Source: an uncultured Chloroflexia bacterium (GTDB lineage: Bacteria; Chloroflexota; Limnocylindria; Limnocylindrales; CSP1-4). Taken from it: DNA of 64,000 nt. Below are positions 9,005 through 18,258 of the stretch, one piece after another. Under the pieces are notes generated by a model. That model ran no database searches, had not been told where the DNA came from, and saw only the letters and a program-made list of their open reading frames with translations. The translations under genes and the position numbers were made by a program. The stretch covers positions 78,151 through 142,150 of the forward strand of contig CAWDFY010000003.1 in NCBI GenBank assembly GCA_963801745.1, in the 5' to 3' direction. The number at the start of each line of letters is the position of its first letter. Within the stretch, counting starts at the first letter, position 1.

Positions 9005-10255
9005 CTACCCTCTCCACCACCCGGTGAGCGTCCGCAGGCCGATCGCTCCGGCTGCGGCATGGTACACCCGGGGCATCCGCGCAGACATCTGGACCACGAC
9101 CTCCCAGGTGTTCGTGGTGCGCAGCCGCGCCAGGTCGGCGGCGCTGATGCGCTCCCCGCCCTGCGAACCGAGGAGGACGAACTCGTCGTCGCGGTCGACC
9201 GGGCGGCCCGGGACGTCGGTCACGTCGGCCATCACGGCGTCCATCGTCACGTTGCCGACCAGCGGGACGCGCTGGCCGCGGACGAGCGCCTCGCCGCGGT
9301 TCGCCAGCGCCCGGGCGATCCCGTCGCCGTAGCCGAGCGGCAGCGTCGCGATCCGGCTGGGGCGGGACGTGGTGAAGGTCGGCCCGTAGCTCACGCCGTG
9401 CCCGGCGGGCAGGTCGGCGACGCGGACCGGGCGGGCATGGACCGACATCACCGGCCGGAAGCCGGAGCGACCGGGCGGCCGCAGGTCGTGGTCGGCCAGC
9501 TCGTCGGGCACGATCCCGTACATCGACAGGCCGGGCCGGACCCCACCGAAGCCGGCCACCCCCGTGAGCAGCCCGCCGCTGGCCGCGACATGGCGCACCG
9601 GGGTCGCGTCCGTTCCGTCGACCGGCGCGGACGACGCGGTCTCGAAGCGCTCGAGCTGGCGTGCGGTGATCGCCGCGTCGTCGCTGGCCTGGAGGTGCGT
9701 CCAGATCCCGACGAGCCGCGCCCCCGGGCTGGCGTCGATGGCGGCGATCATCGCGTCGACGTCGGTCGGCGGCGCGCCACCGCGCCCGAGCCCGGTCTCG
9801 ACCTCGATCTCGACGAGCAGCGGGCGGGCGCCGGCCGCCGGGGCGCCTCGATCGATGGCCGCCAGCAGCTCGTCCAGCGCGTCGCGATCGCCGGCTGCCA
9901 CGGCGACGTCCCGTGCGGCCGCCTCGCTCGCGAGCGCGACCGGGATCGGGTACAGCACGCGGATCGGGATGTCGATGCCGGCGTCGCGTAGCTCGAGGGC
10001 CTCGTCCAGCGTGGCGACCGACAGGCCATCCGCGCCGGCCCGCTCGAGCGCCTCGGCGATCGGGACGGCACCGTGGCCGTACGCGTCGGCCTTGACCACG
10101 GGATGGACCGGGACGCCGCCGGCCAGCGCGCGCAGGGCGGCCAGGTTGGCGGCGAGCGCGTCCAGATCGAGCTCCAGCCACGCCAGCCGGGGCAGTGGGG
10201 GCAGCCCGGCGCTCGCGAGGCGCGCCTCGATGGCCGGCCCGGTCGTCGCCGTCAC
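9005..10255 (-). CDS. alr: alanine racemase
   Basis: C-terminal part of ORF 9005..10693. PLP-lysine motif VVKADAYGHG and the later GYGDG-type motif (LPLGYGDGIARA). The start at GTG 10253-10255 is the first candidate after the nnrD stop, so the start is uncertain. Confidence 0.85.
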   Translation of the reverse strand: MTATTGPAIEARLASAGLPPLPRLAWLELDLDALAANLAALRALAGGVPVHPVVKADAYGHGAVPIAEALERAGADGLSVATLDEALELRDAGIDIPIRVLYPIPVALASEAAARDVAVAAGDRDALDELLAAIDRGAPAAGARPLLVEIEVETGLGRGGAPPTDVDAMIAAIDASPGARLVGIWTHLQASDDAAITARQLERFETASSAPVDGTDATPVRHVAASGGLLTGVAGFGGVRPGLSMYGIVPDELADHDLRPPGRSGFRPVMSVHARPVRVADLPAGHGVSYGPTFTTSRPSRIATLPLGYGDGIARALANRGEALVRGQRVPLVGNVTMDAVMADVTDVPGRPVDRDDEFVLLGSQGGERISAADLARLRTTNTWEVVVQMSARMPRVYHAAAGAIGLRTLTGWWRG

Positions 10256-10283
10256 CGTGCCGGCCGGCGGACGGACGCGCCCG

Positions 10284-11381
10284 TCACGCCGGCGGGGCGC
10301 CGGTCGACTCGGACGCGGCGGGGCTGGCCGGTTCCTCGACGTGGAAGCCCAGGCGCTTGCCGCTGGACCGCCGCTCGGCGATGACCGCCAGGCGCCGTCG
10401 GGCGATGGCGATGGGGTCGGGCAGGTCCGAGGCGAGCATGCCGGCATCGCCGTACCGCTCGCGCATGGCGTCGCCGGCGCTCCCGTGAAGGTAGACGCCG
10501 AGACGAGCCGCCGCGAACGGCGACAGGCCTTGGGCCAGCAACGCGCCGATCGTCCCGGCCAGCACGTCGCCGGTGCCGCCGGTCGCCAGCGCCGGGTTCT
10601 CGAACGGTGCCATCGCGACCTCGCCGTCGGGAGCGGCGATGACCGTCCTGGCGCCCTTGAGCACGACGACTTGCCGCCACGTCGCCGCGGCATCCTTGGC
10701 GGCGGCCACGCGCGCGGCGTCGTCCTCGATCAGGTCACCGTCCGCGTCGGCGGCGTGACCGCTGCCGACGCGCAGGCGCGCGAACTCGCCGGCGTGCGGC
10801 GTCAGCACCGCGGCGCGCCGGTCACCGTCCCACCAGCCGTCGATCGATGCCAGCGAGCGCAGCGCCTCGGCGTCGAGGAGCAGCGGCGCGCGCTCGTCGC
10901 CACCGCCGTCGATGAGGTCGCGGACGAGCTCGGCCGTGGCGAGTCCCGGCCGCAGCCCGGGTCCGATGACGAGCGCGTCGTGCTCGTGGTCGAGGATCCG
11001 CGCGAACGCCGGCTCCGGGTCGATCTCCTCGACGTCGTCCTCCGGCAGCGCCATCGTCGTCGCCTCGACGACCTTGGCAGCGAACAGCGGCTGGAGCGTC
11101 TCGGGGACGGCCAGCGTCACGAGGCCCGCCCCGGCACGGCCGGCCGCACGGCAGACGAGCAGGGCCGCGCCGGCGTAGTCGAGCGAGCCGGCGATCACCA
11201 GCAGCTTGCCGAACGAGCCCTTGTGGCCGCGCGCCGGTCGTTCCGGCAGGAGGGCGACCGCGGCGTCCTCGTCGAGGCGGGGCACGCCCTCCGGCCACGG
11301 TCGCTCGTCGGGCCCGCCCGGTGGCGACGAGTCCCCGCCGCCGCCGCGGCGCCCGAACCCGAGCGCCCGTCGCTCAGGCAT
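10284..11381 (-). CDS. nnrD: ADP-dependent NAD(P)H-hydrate dehydratase (YjeF C-terminal/NnrD domain only)
   Basis: ORF 10284..11552 trimmed to ATG 11379-11381 (8-nt overlap with the acpS end). HKGSFGKLLVIAGS and GGTGDVLAG motifs. No NnrE epimerase domain is present. Confidence 0.82.
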   Translation of the reverse strand: MPERRALGFGRRGGGGDSSPPGGPDERPWPEGVPRLDEDAAVALLPERPARGHKGSFGKLLVIAGSLDYAGAALLVCRAAGRAGAGLVTLAVPETLQPLFAAKVVEATTMALPEDDVEEIDPEPAFARILDHEHDALVIGPGLRPGLATAELVRDLIDGGGDERAPLLLDAEALRSLASIDGWWDGDRRAAVLTPHAGEFARLRVGSGHAADADGDLIEDDAARVAAAKDAAATWRQVVVLKGARTVIAAPDGEVAMAPFENPALATGGTGDVLAGTIGALLAQGLSPFAAARLGVYLHGSAGDAMRERYGDAGMLASDLPDPIAIARRRLAVIAERRSSGKRLGFHVEEPASPAASESTGAPPA

Positions 11382-11961
11382 CAGGCGGCTCGCCGGCGTT
11401 CGGGGCGTCCGAGGCGAGCGCCGCCGCGCCGTTCGACTCCGCCTGGACCCGGAGCCGCTCGATCCGGGCGAGGATCCGGCGCTCACGGTCGTCGAGCCGA
11501 TCCTCGATGTCCGGCGGGAACAGGTAGCGACCGCCGGCGGTCCGGATCCCAAAGGCCATCGCGACCGCGTAGTCGGACTCGTGGGTGATCGACACGGCGA
11601 TGCGGCCCATCCCGAGCTGCTCGGCCCGGGCGGCGGCGCGGCCGTGCAGGCGGACGGCCGGCTGACCGGTCGGCAGCCGCTCGATCTCGATGTCGCGCCA
11701 GCCGATGCCCCGCACGCCCAGACCGAGCACCTTCGACACGGCCTCCTTGGCGGCCCAGCGACCGGCCATGGTCTCGGGCCGGCCGCGCACGTAGCGCTGC
11801 TCGCCCGGCGTCAGGACCCGGTTCGTGAACCGCGCCCCGAACCGCTCCAGGGAGGCGCGGATGCGCTCGACGCGGATGATGTCGACGCCCAGCTCGGTCG
11901 TGCCGGGCAGCACCGCGACCTCGGCCCGCCCCGGATCCGCGGCGACATCCCGGGGGGCCAT
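11374..11961 (-). CDS. acpS: holo-[acyl-carrier-protein] synthase (4'-phosphopantetheinyl transferase) with extended C-terminus
   Basis: ORF 11374..11961, 195 aa. The core GVDIIRVERI ... WAAKEAVSK ... SITHE is AcpS-like. There is an extra ~60 aa at the C-terminus, and the true start may be an internal GTG. Confidence 0.8.
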   Translation of the reverse strand: MAPRDVAADPGRAEVAVLPGTTELGVDIIRVERIRASLERFGARFTNRVLTPGEQRYVRGRPETMAGRWAAKEAVSKVLGLGVRGIGWRDIEIERLPTGQPAVRLHGRAAARAEQLGMGRIAVSITHESDYAVAMAFGIRTAGGRYLFPPDIEDRLDDRERRILARIERLRVQAESNGAAALASDAPNAGEPPDA

Positions 11962-11964
11962 GGC

Positions 11965-13794
11965 CTATTCCACCGTCACCGACTTGGCGAGGTTGCGGGG
12001 CTGGTCGACGTCGGTGCCCCGGGCGATCGCCACGTGGTATGCGAACAGCTGGAGCGGGATGATGGCGAGGACCGGGCTGAGCGCCTCGTGCGTGTCCGGC
12101 ACCCAGCACACGTCGTCGGCGAAGCGCTCGATCTGGGGGTCGCCCTCGGTCGCGACCGCGATGACGCGGGCATCCCGCGCGCGACCCTCCATCACGTTCG
12201 AGATGAGCTTGTCGTACACGGACGACCGGGTCGCGACCGCAACCAGCGGGCACTCGGCGTCGAGGAGCGAGATCGGCCCGTGCTTCATCTCGCCCGCGGC
12301 ATAGCCCTCGGCGTGGACGTAGCTGACCTCCTTGAGCTTCAACGCGCCCTCGAGCGCGGTCGGGTACGAGTAGCCCCGGCCCACGAACATGAAGCCGCGC
12401 GAGTTGACGTAGCGGCGGGCCAGGTCGGCCGCGCCCGTGGCGTTCTCGAGCGCACGGGCGGCGGCGCCGGGCAGCGCGTGCAGCGCCGCGCCCAGCTCCT
12501 GCTCCTGCTCGAGCCCGAGCGCGCCGCGCGACTTGGCGATGGCGGCCGCGAGGACGACGAGCGTCGTGACCTGGGCCACGAACGTCTTCGACGCCGCGAC
12601 CGCGACCTCCGGCCCGGCCTGCAGGAACAGCACCCGGTGGGCCTCGCGGGTGATCGCGCTGCCGACGGTGTTGGTGACCGCGATGATCGGCGCGCCGCGC
12701 TCCCGGGCGAGGCGCGTCGGCGCGATCGTGTCGGCGGTCTCGCCGGACTGGGTGACCGCGATGACCAGCGTGCGCTCGTCGATCGGCGGCGGGCTGTAGC
12801 GGAACTCCGAGCCGACCGTCGCCCGGGCCGGGATGCCGAGCCAGTCCTGGATGGCGGCCGCCCCGACGAGCGACGCGTAGTAGGCCGTGCCACAGGCGAT
12901 CAGCTCGACCCGGTCGATCGTGGCGAGCGTCTCGTCGAACCCCTCCAGCTCCTCGAGCCAGATGTGGTTCTCGCGGGTCACGCGACCCGTGATGGCCTGG
13001 CGGAGCGACTCGGGCTGCTCGTGGATCTCCTTGAGCATGAAGTGCTCGTAGCCGCCCTTCTCGGCGGCCTCGGGCGTCCAGTCGATGGTCGTGACCGTGC
13101 GCTCCATCGGGGCGCCGGCGACGTCGGTGATCGCCACGCCCGTCGGCCGCAGGTCGGCCACGTCGCCGTCCTCGAGGAAGATGACCCGGTCCGTGTGCGC
13201 GAGGATCGCGGCCACGTCGCTGGCGAGGAACGACTCGCCGTCGGCGATGCCGACGACCAGCGGCACGTCCTTGCGGGCGCCGACGAGCCGGTCGGCCTCG
13301 CCGCGATGCATGACCGCGATGGCGTAGGCGCCCTCGACCTGGCGGAGCGTGCCGCGCACGGCATCGGCCAGGTCGCCCTGGTAGCACTCCTCGATCAGGT
13401 GGGCGAGCGCCTCGGTGTCGGTCTCCGACGCCAGCCGGTGCCCGCGCGCCTCGAGGCCGTCACGCAGCTCGCGGAAGTTCTCGATGATGCCGTTGTGGAT
13501 GACCGTGATCTCGCCCGTGCAGTCCTGGTGGGGGTGGGCGTTGAGGTCGTTCGGCCGGCCGTGGGTGGCCCAGCGCGTGTGGGCGAGCCCGATCGCGGCG
13601 TGCGGGGTCCGGTCGGCGATGGCGGCGCGCAGGTTGGCCAGCTTGCCGGCCTTCTTCTCGACGAACAGGACGCCGCCGTCGTCGACCAGGGCGATGCCCG
13701 CCGAGTCGTACCCGCGATATTCGAGCCGGGCCAGGCCCTCGATGAGGATCGGCCCGGCCTCCCGGGGTCCCGTGTAGCCCACGATGCCGCACAT
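11965..13794 (-). CDS. glmS: glutamine--fructose-6-phosphate aminotransferase
   Basis: C-terminal 609 aa of ORF 11965..14709, from ATG 13792-13794. MCGIVGY nucleophile Cys2, two SIS domains, and the typical C-terminal ...DQPRNLAKSVTVE. Confidence 0.95.
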   Translation of the reverse strand: MCGIVGYTGPREAGPILIEGLARLEYRGYDSAGIALVDDGGVLFVEKKAGKLANLRAAIADRTPHAAIGLAHTRWATHGRPNDLNAHPHQDCTGEITVIHNGIIENFRELRDGLEARGHRLASETDTEALAHLIEECYQGDLADAVRGTLRQVEGAYAIAVMHRGEADRLVGARKDVPLVVGIADGESFLASDVAAILAHTDRVIFLEDGDVADLRPTGVAITDVAGAPMERTVTTIDWTPEAAEKGGYEHFMLKEIHEQPESLRQAITGRVTRENHIWLEELEGFDETLATIDRVELIACGTAYYASLVGAAAIQDWLGIPARATVGSEFRYSPPPIDERTLVIAVTQSGETADTIAPTRLARERGAPIIAVTNTVGSAITREAHRVLFLQAGPEVAVAASKTFVAQVTTLVVLAAAIAKSRGALGLEQEQELGAALHALPGAAARALENATGAADLARRYVNSRGFMFVGRGYSYPTALEGALKLKEVSYVHAEGYAAGEMKHGPISLLDAECPLVAVATRSSVYDKLISNVMEGRARDARVIAVATEGDPQIERFADDVCWVPDTHEALSPVLAIIPLQLFAYHVAIARGTDVDQPRNLAKSVTVE

Positions 13795-13898
13795 CAGCGT
13801 TGCTCTCCGTTCAGTCCGCCTTGCGGTGGGATCACCGGGCGGATGGCCCACAGGGGCGTCGCCTCCGCCCTCGGAGAGGCCGGTACCCTCAGGCGGCG

Positions 13899-15233
13899 CT
13901 AGTTTAGACGCTCCCCCGCGAGGGTCGCGAGCGAGTCGGCCAGCTCGGTGACGAGCGCCGCGTCCGTGCCCTCGACCATCACCCGCAGCGCGGGCTCCGT
14001 GCCGGACGGCCGGACGAGGACGCGGCCCGACCTGCCGAGGCGGGCGGTCGCATCGTCGATCGCCCGTCGAAGGGTCGGGTCGCCCTCCCACTGGTCCTTG
14101 TGACGAGCCTTGACCGCCCGTTGTTGCTGCGGGAGGAGCGGGATCGCCGCCGCAAGTGTCGCAAGTGACGCGGTGCGTGTGGTCATCACCCGCAGCACTT
14201 CGAGCGCGGTCACGATCCCGTCGCCGGACGTCGTGTGCTCCAGGACGATGACGTGGCCGGACTTCTCGCCGCCGAGCATCGCGCCCGCCACCTGCATGCC
14301 ATCGAGGATGTACTTGTCGCCGACGGGCGTGCGCACGACCTCGCCGCCGGCGTCCTCGACGGCGCGTCTGCAGCCCGCCGTTCGAGAGGACCGACACGAC
14401 GAGGCCGCCGGGCAGGGCGCCGTTCGACAGCCGCTCGAGCGCGAGGATGCCGAGGACCTGGTCGCCGTCGACGATGCGACCGTCGCCGTCGACGGCGATC
14501 AGCCGATCGGCGTCGCCATCGAGCGCGAACCCGACGTCGGCGCCGCGCTGCGCGACCTCGCGGGCGAGCGATGCCGGCGAGGTCGCCCCCGATTCGACGT
14601 TGATGTTCACGCCGTCGGGCTCGACGTGGATGGCGTCGACACGGGCGCCCGTCGCGGCGAGGATCGCCCGTCCCGCGGCCCCACCCGAGCCGTTCGCGCC
14701 GTCGAGCACGATGTGCAGGCCGCTCGCGTCGATCGAAGCCGGCCAGCGACCGGCGGTGCTCGAGGTAGCGCTCGACGGAGTCGGCGGCGTCGATCCGGCG
14801 CCCGAGCGCGGCGTTGGTGACGCCGCCGAGCTCGGCCTCGTGCCAGATCAGGTCCTCGAGCTCGTCCTCGATGGCGTCGTCGAGCTTGAGCCCGTCGGCA
14901 TCGAGCACCTTGAGGCCGTTGTCGTCGGCCGGGTTGTGCGACGCGGAGACCATGATCGCCGGCCCGGTACGGGCCGCTCCTCGCGAGGTAGGCGAGGGCC
15001 GGCGTCGGCACCACGCCGACGACGTGGACGTCGATGCCCAGGCTGGTCGCACCGGCGACGATGGCCGCCACGAACATGTCGCCGGAGCGGCGCGTGTCCT
15101 GCCCGACCACGATCGCCGCACCCGGCTCGGCCAGGTGCTTCGCCGTCGCGCGGCCGAGCGCGTACGCGATCGTCGGTCGGAGGTCGACGTTGGCGACCCC
15201 GCGGATGCCATCGGTCCCGAACAGGCGTCCCAC
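13899..15233 (-). pseudogene. glmM: phosphoglucosamine mutase GlmM, reading frame broken three times (near 14957, 14728, 14367)
   Basis: Four consecutive pieces lie in different frames. Piece 1: MGRLFGTDGIRG...PTPALAYLARSG (ORF 14607..15233). Piece 2: IMVSASHNPADDNGLKV...RYLEHRRSLAGFD (ORF 14210..15430 frame). Piece 3: SGLHIVLDGANGSGG...DGDADRLIAVD...VLSNGGLQ (start of ORF 11965..14709). Piece 4: VVRTPVGDKYILDGM...RPSGTEPALRVMVEG (ORF 13899..14336). GTG start at 15231-15233. Confidence 0.85.
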
Positions 15234-15237
15234 GGCG

Positions 15238-16456
15238 CTAGGGAGCGGGTGATGACAGGGTGGTCACGGTCACCGGAACGGTCGGCGGGCTGATCGCCCA
15301 CCAGCGTGACACCGGCCGGCAGCGGCGCGGTGGCGGGCACCTCGGTCGTGCCGGGCGCCGAGCGTGGACACGTCGAGCTCGACGGCCAGCGTCGCGCCGT
15401 TGATGCGATCGAGGTCGGGCGGGCTGCCACCGACGGTGATCACGCACGCGATCGACGCCGGCGGAGTACGACAGGTCGGCCTGCGCCCCGACCATGCGCA
15501 CGCCGACCTCGAAGTTCCGCGACTCGGTCAGCGCGCGGACGCCGATCGTGACGTCGACCTGCTGGACGTCGAGCGCCACGACACCGGTGGGCAGCGCGAG
15601 CGCAGCGGTCACGGTCGTCGCCGCCGACACGCCGGCGACCGAGACCGGCTCGGTATCGATCGTCGCGAGCGCCTCGAGCTCGTCGCCGTCGCCGTCGACG
15701 GTGACCACCGTGGGGTCGACCTCGACGGACGAGATCGCGAACCCGGCCGCCGGCGAGCCGATGAGCTGCGGACTGACCGGCAGCGTCCGCGTCTGGCGAT
15801 CGGAGAAGACCGGGATGGTCACGCGCGCCGTGGGTGGATCGAGGTCGACCTGCGCCACCGCGTCGCCGACGTTGTCGACCGGGACCAGCTCGACGTCCTG
15901 GTCGATGTCGATGCCCGACGACTGGATGATCACGTTCGCGCGGGCGGCCACGACCCGGGTGATGACCGACGCCGGGCCGACGACCTCGACCTCGGCCGGT
16001 TCGACCGTCACCATGCCGACCTCGATTCCGGTCGGGACGTCCCCGCGCTCGACCTCGACCGGCACAGTCCGCCGGTCGATCCGGTCGAGCTCGACGGTCA
16101 CGACCTGGGGCTCGAACCCGACGACGCGGACGCGCGGGTCGACGGACTGAAGCTGGACCGGGACGCTGGTCGGACCCGCTGCCGGGCTCGACGTCGCTCA
16201 GGTTGACCCACGCTTCGAAGTCGGACTCGATCGGTCGCGCGCCGGATGGCGCGAAGTAGCGGATCTCGGTGACCGGCCGGATCGTCTCGAGCAGTTGCGT
16301 GTCGGGCGGCTGTTCGCGGACGTCGACCGGCACGACTCCCGTCAGGGTCGCGGTGCTCTGGGACAGCACCAGACCGCCGTACAGGAGGGTGGCCAGCCCG
16401 ATCGCCGCGAGCTTGAGCGGCCAGTTGTGGACGATGATACCTAGGAGTCGGGTCAC
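15238..16456 (-). pseudogene. cdaR: CdaR/YbbR-domain regulator of diadenylate cyclase, reading frame broken four times (near 16175, 15444, 15353, 15295)
   Basis: The N-terminal TM segment and first repeat lie in ORF 15440..16456, up to NLSDVEPGSG. The YbbR repeats continue in ORF 15238..16101 (PTSVPVQLQSVDPRVRVVGFEPQVVTVELDR...). Next is VITVGGSPPDLDRINGATLAVELDVSTLG in a third frame. Then comes GTTEVPATAPLPAGVTLVG in the ORF 14210..15430 frame. The final piece, ISPPTVPVTVTTLSSPAP-stop, is in the ORF 15238..16101 frame. Span is 1219 nt (3n+1). Confidence 0.8.
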
Positions 16457-17313
16457 CGCGGCGCCCGTACGGCCGACGTCGATGCGGGCTCCCCCGCGGA
16501 TCGCCAGGCGCCGAGGGCACGCCGGCGACGACCGTGGTTCGGATCCAGCAGCAGTCGGATGGTCCGGGCGAGCTGGGCCTCGTTGAGGTTGCGCACGATG
16601 CGCGACCGTTCGACGAGGCTGATCTGGCCGTTCTCCTCCGAGACGACCACGACGATCGCGTCGGTCTGTTCCGCGATCCCGAGCGCGGCCCGGTGACGGG
16701 TCCCGAACCGCTCGGCCTGGACGGTCGTCTCGGCCAGCGGCAGGAGCGCGCCGGCGGCGAGGACGGTCTCGCCCCGGACGATCACCGCCCCGTCGTGGAG
16801 CGCGGTCCGCGGCGCGAAGATCGTCCGGATGAGATCGGCCGAGATGTCACCGTGGATCATGACGCCCGTCTCGGCGGTGTCCTCGAGGCCCGTCTCGCGT
16901 TCGAGCACGATCAGCGCGCCGTGACCCTCGGCGGACAGCTCCGCGGCGGCCCGCGACACCTCCGACGCGACATGGTCGACCGCCCGCGAATCCGCGCCCG
17001 ACAGCAGCCAGCCGAGCGAGCCGACCCGCCCGATCCGCTCGAGCGCCCGCCTGATCTCGGGCTGGAAGATGACGACCAGCGCGAACAGCCCGACGACGGC
17101 GCCGGCCTGCAGGATCCGGGTCAGCAGCTCCAGCCCGAACGCGACGGCCAGCAGGTAGACGACGATCAGGACGCTCACGCCGATGACGAGGCGAACCGCA
17201 CGGGTCCCACGGATCAGGCTGAACAGCCAGTAGATCAGCAGCGAGGTGATCGCGATGTCGACGATGGTCGTCAAGCGGACCTGTTCGAGGATCGATCCGA
17301 GGAGCTCCGACAT
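16453..17313 (-). CDS. cdaA: diadenylate cyclase CdaA (membrane-anchored, DAC domain)
   Basis: ORF 16453..17313, 286 aa. Three hydrophobic N-terminal segments and DAC motifs LHDGAVIV and GTRHRAALG. Intact. Confidence 0.92.
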   Translation of the reverse strand: MSELLGSILEQVRLTTIVDIAITSLLIYWLFSLIRGTRAVRLVIGVSVLIVVYLLAVAFGLELLTRILQAGAVVGLFALVVIFQPEIRRALERIGRVGSLGWLLSGADSRAVDHVASEVSRAAAELSAEGHGALIVLERETGLEDTAETGVMIHGDISADLIRTIFAPRTALHDGAVIVRGETVLAAGALLPLAETTVQAERFGTRHRAALGIAEQTDAIVVVVSEENGQISLVERSRIVRNLNEAQLARTIRLLLDPNHGRRRRALGAWRSAGEPASTSAVRAPR

Positions 17314-17370
17314 CGTTCGCCGAGTGTAGCATCGCGCCCCTCCGAGCCCGGCGGTCGCCGGGCCGTCGGA

Positions 17371-18258
17371 TCAGGCGCAGATGGCCTCGAGTCGGGCATC
17401 GTCGGGCAGTCGACCGGCCAGCTCGCACAGCCGGCTCCGCGTCGGCTCGTCGGCCGACAGGTCGACCAGCCGCGACAGCAGCACGAGCTTGTCCGACGCG
17501 GGCGTTCGCCAACCGCGGTCGATGTAGAGCTCGGCGAGGGCCAGGTGCAGGCCGGGGTCGGCCGGGTTGGTGGCGAGGGCCTGGTAGCAGGCGTCGATCG
17601 CGGCGTGGGGCTGACCCGCCCGGCGGTGCCCGCGCGCCGCGGCGAGCGCGGCCTCCCGGACGGCCTCCGGGTCGCCGATCGCGGCGGCATCGTCGACCGC
17701 GGCCATCGCCGCGGCTGGATCGAACGGCGGTTCCGGAGGCGGCGCGTCAGGGCCGAGGTGGCTCCCGAGGAGGTCCTTCGCACGGGCCAGCGCATCGACG
17801 GCGATGGCGGCCGCGTCGGGGGCGGTCGCGTAGCGGTCGACCATGGCCTGGAGCGTCGCCCGGCGACCGCGTGATTCGGCGAGGTCGAGGGCTCGACCGG
17901 CCGCGTCGAGGGCATCCGCTCGCCGGCCGGACGCGTCCTGGACGGCCGCCAGCCGGTCGAGCGTCTCGGCAGAACCGGCGCGGTCCCCGCTGGCCAGCAG
18001 GACGTCCGCGCGGCCGCGCAAGGCGGCCTCGTCGGTGGGGGCGCGCTCGAGCGCCCGGTCGTACGTCGCCACGGCCTCGGTCGTCTTCCCGAGCCGGCTC
18101 AGGACCTCACCGATCCCGATGAGCGGCAGCGCGCGGTCCGGCGCGAGCCGGGCAGCATCGCCGTAGGCGTCGAGGGCCTCGTCGAGACGGCCCCGCTGGG
18201 CGGCGACGTGCCCGCGCCGCAGTGCCTCCTTATAGCGCTCGTAGAGGGCTTCGGTCAT
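17371..18258 (-). CDS. tetratricopeptide-repeat (TPR) protein
   Basis: ORF 17371..18258, 295 aa. It contains repeated A-x-x-x-Y-x-x-A-L / A-L-x-G-R-A helical-pair patterns, and the argF stop (18255) overlaps its start (18258). Confidence 0.65.
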   Translation of the reverse strand: MTEALYERYKEALRRGHVAAQRGRLDEALDAYGDAARLAPDRALPLIGIGEVLSRLGKTTEAVATYDRALERAPTDEAALRGRADVLLASGDRAGSAETLDRLAAVQDASGRRADALDAAGRALDLAESRGRRATLQAMVDRYATAPDAAAIAVDALARAKDLLGSHLGPDAPPPEPPFDPAAAMAAVDDAAAIGDPEAVREAALAAARGHRRAGQPHAAIDACYQALATNPADPGLHLALAELYIDRGWRTPASDKLVLLSRLVDLSADEPTRSRLCELAGRLPDDARLEAICA

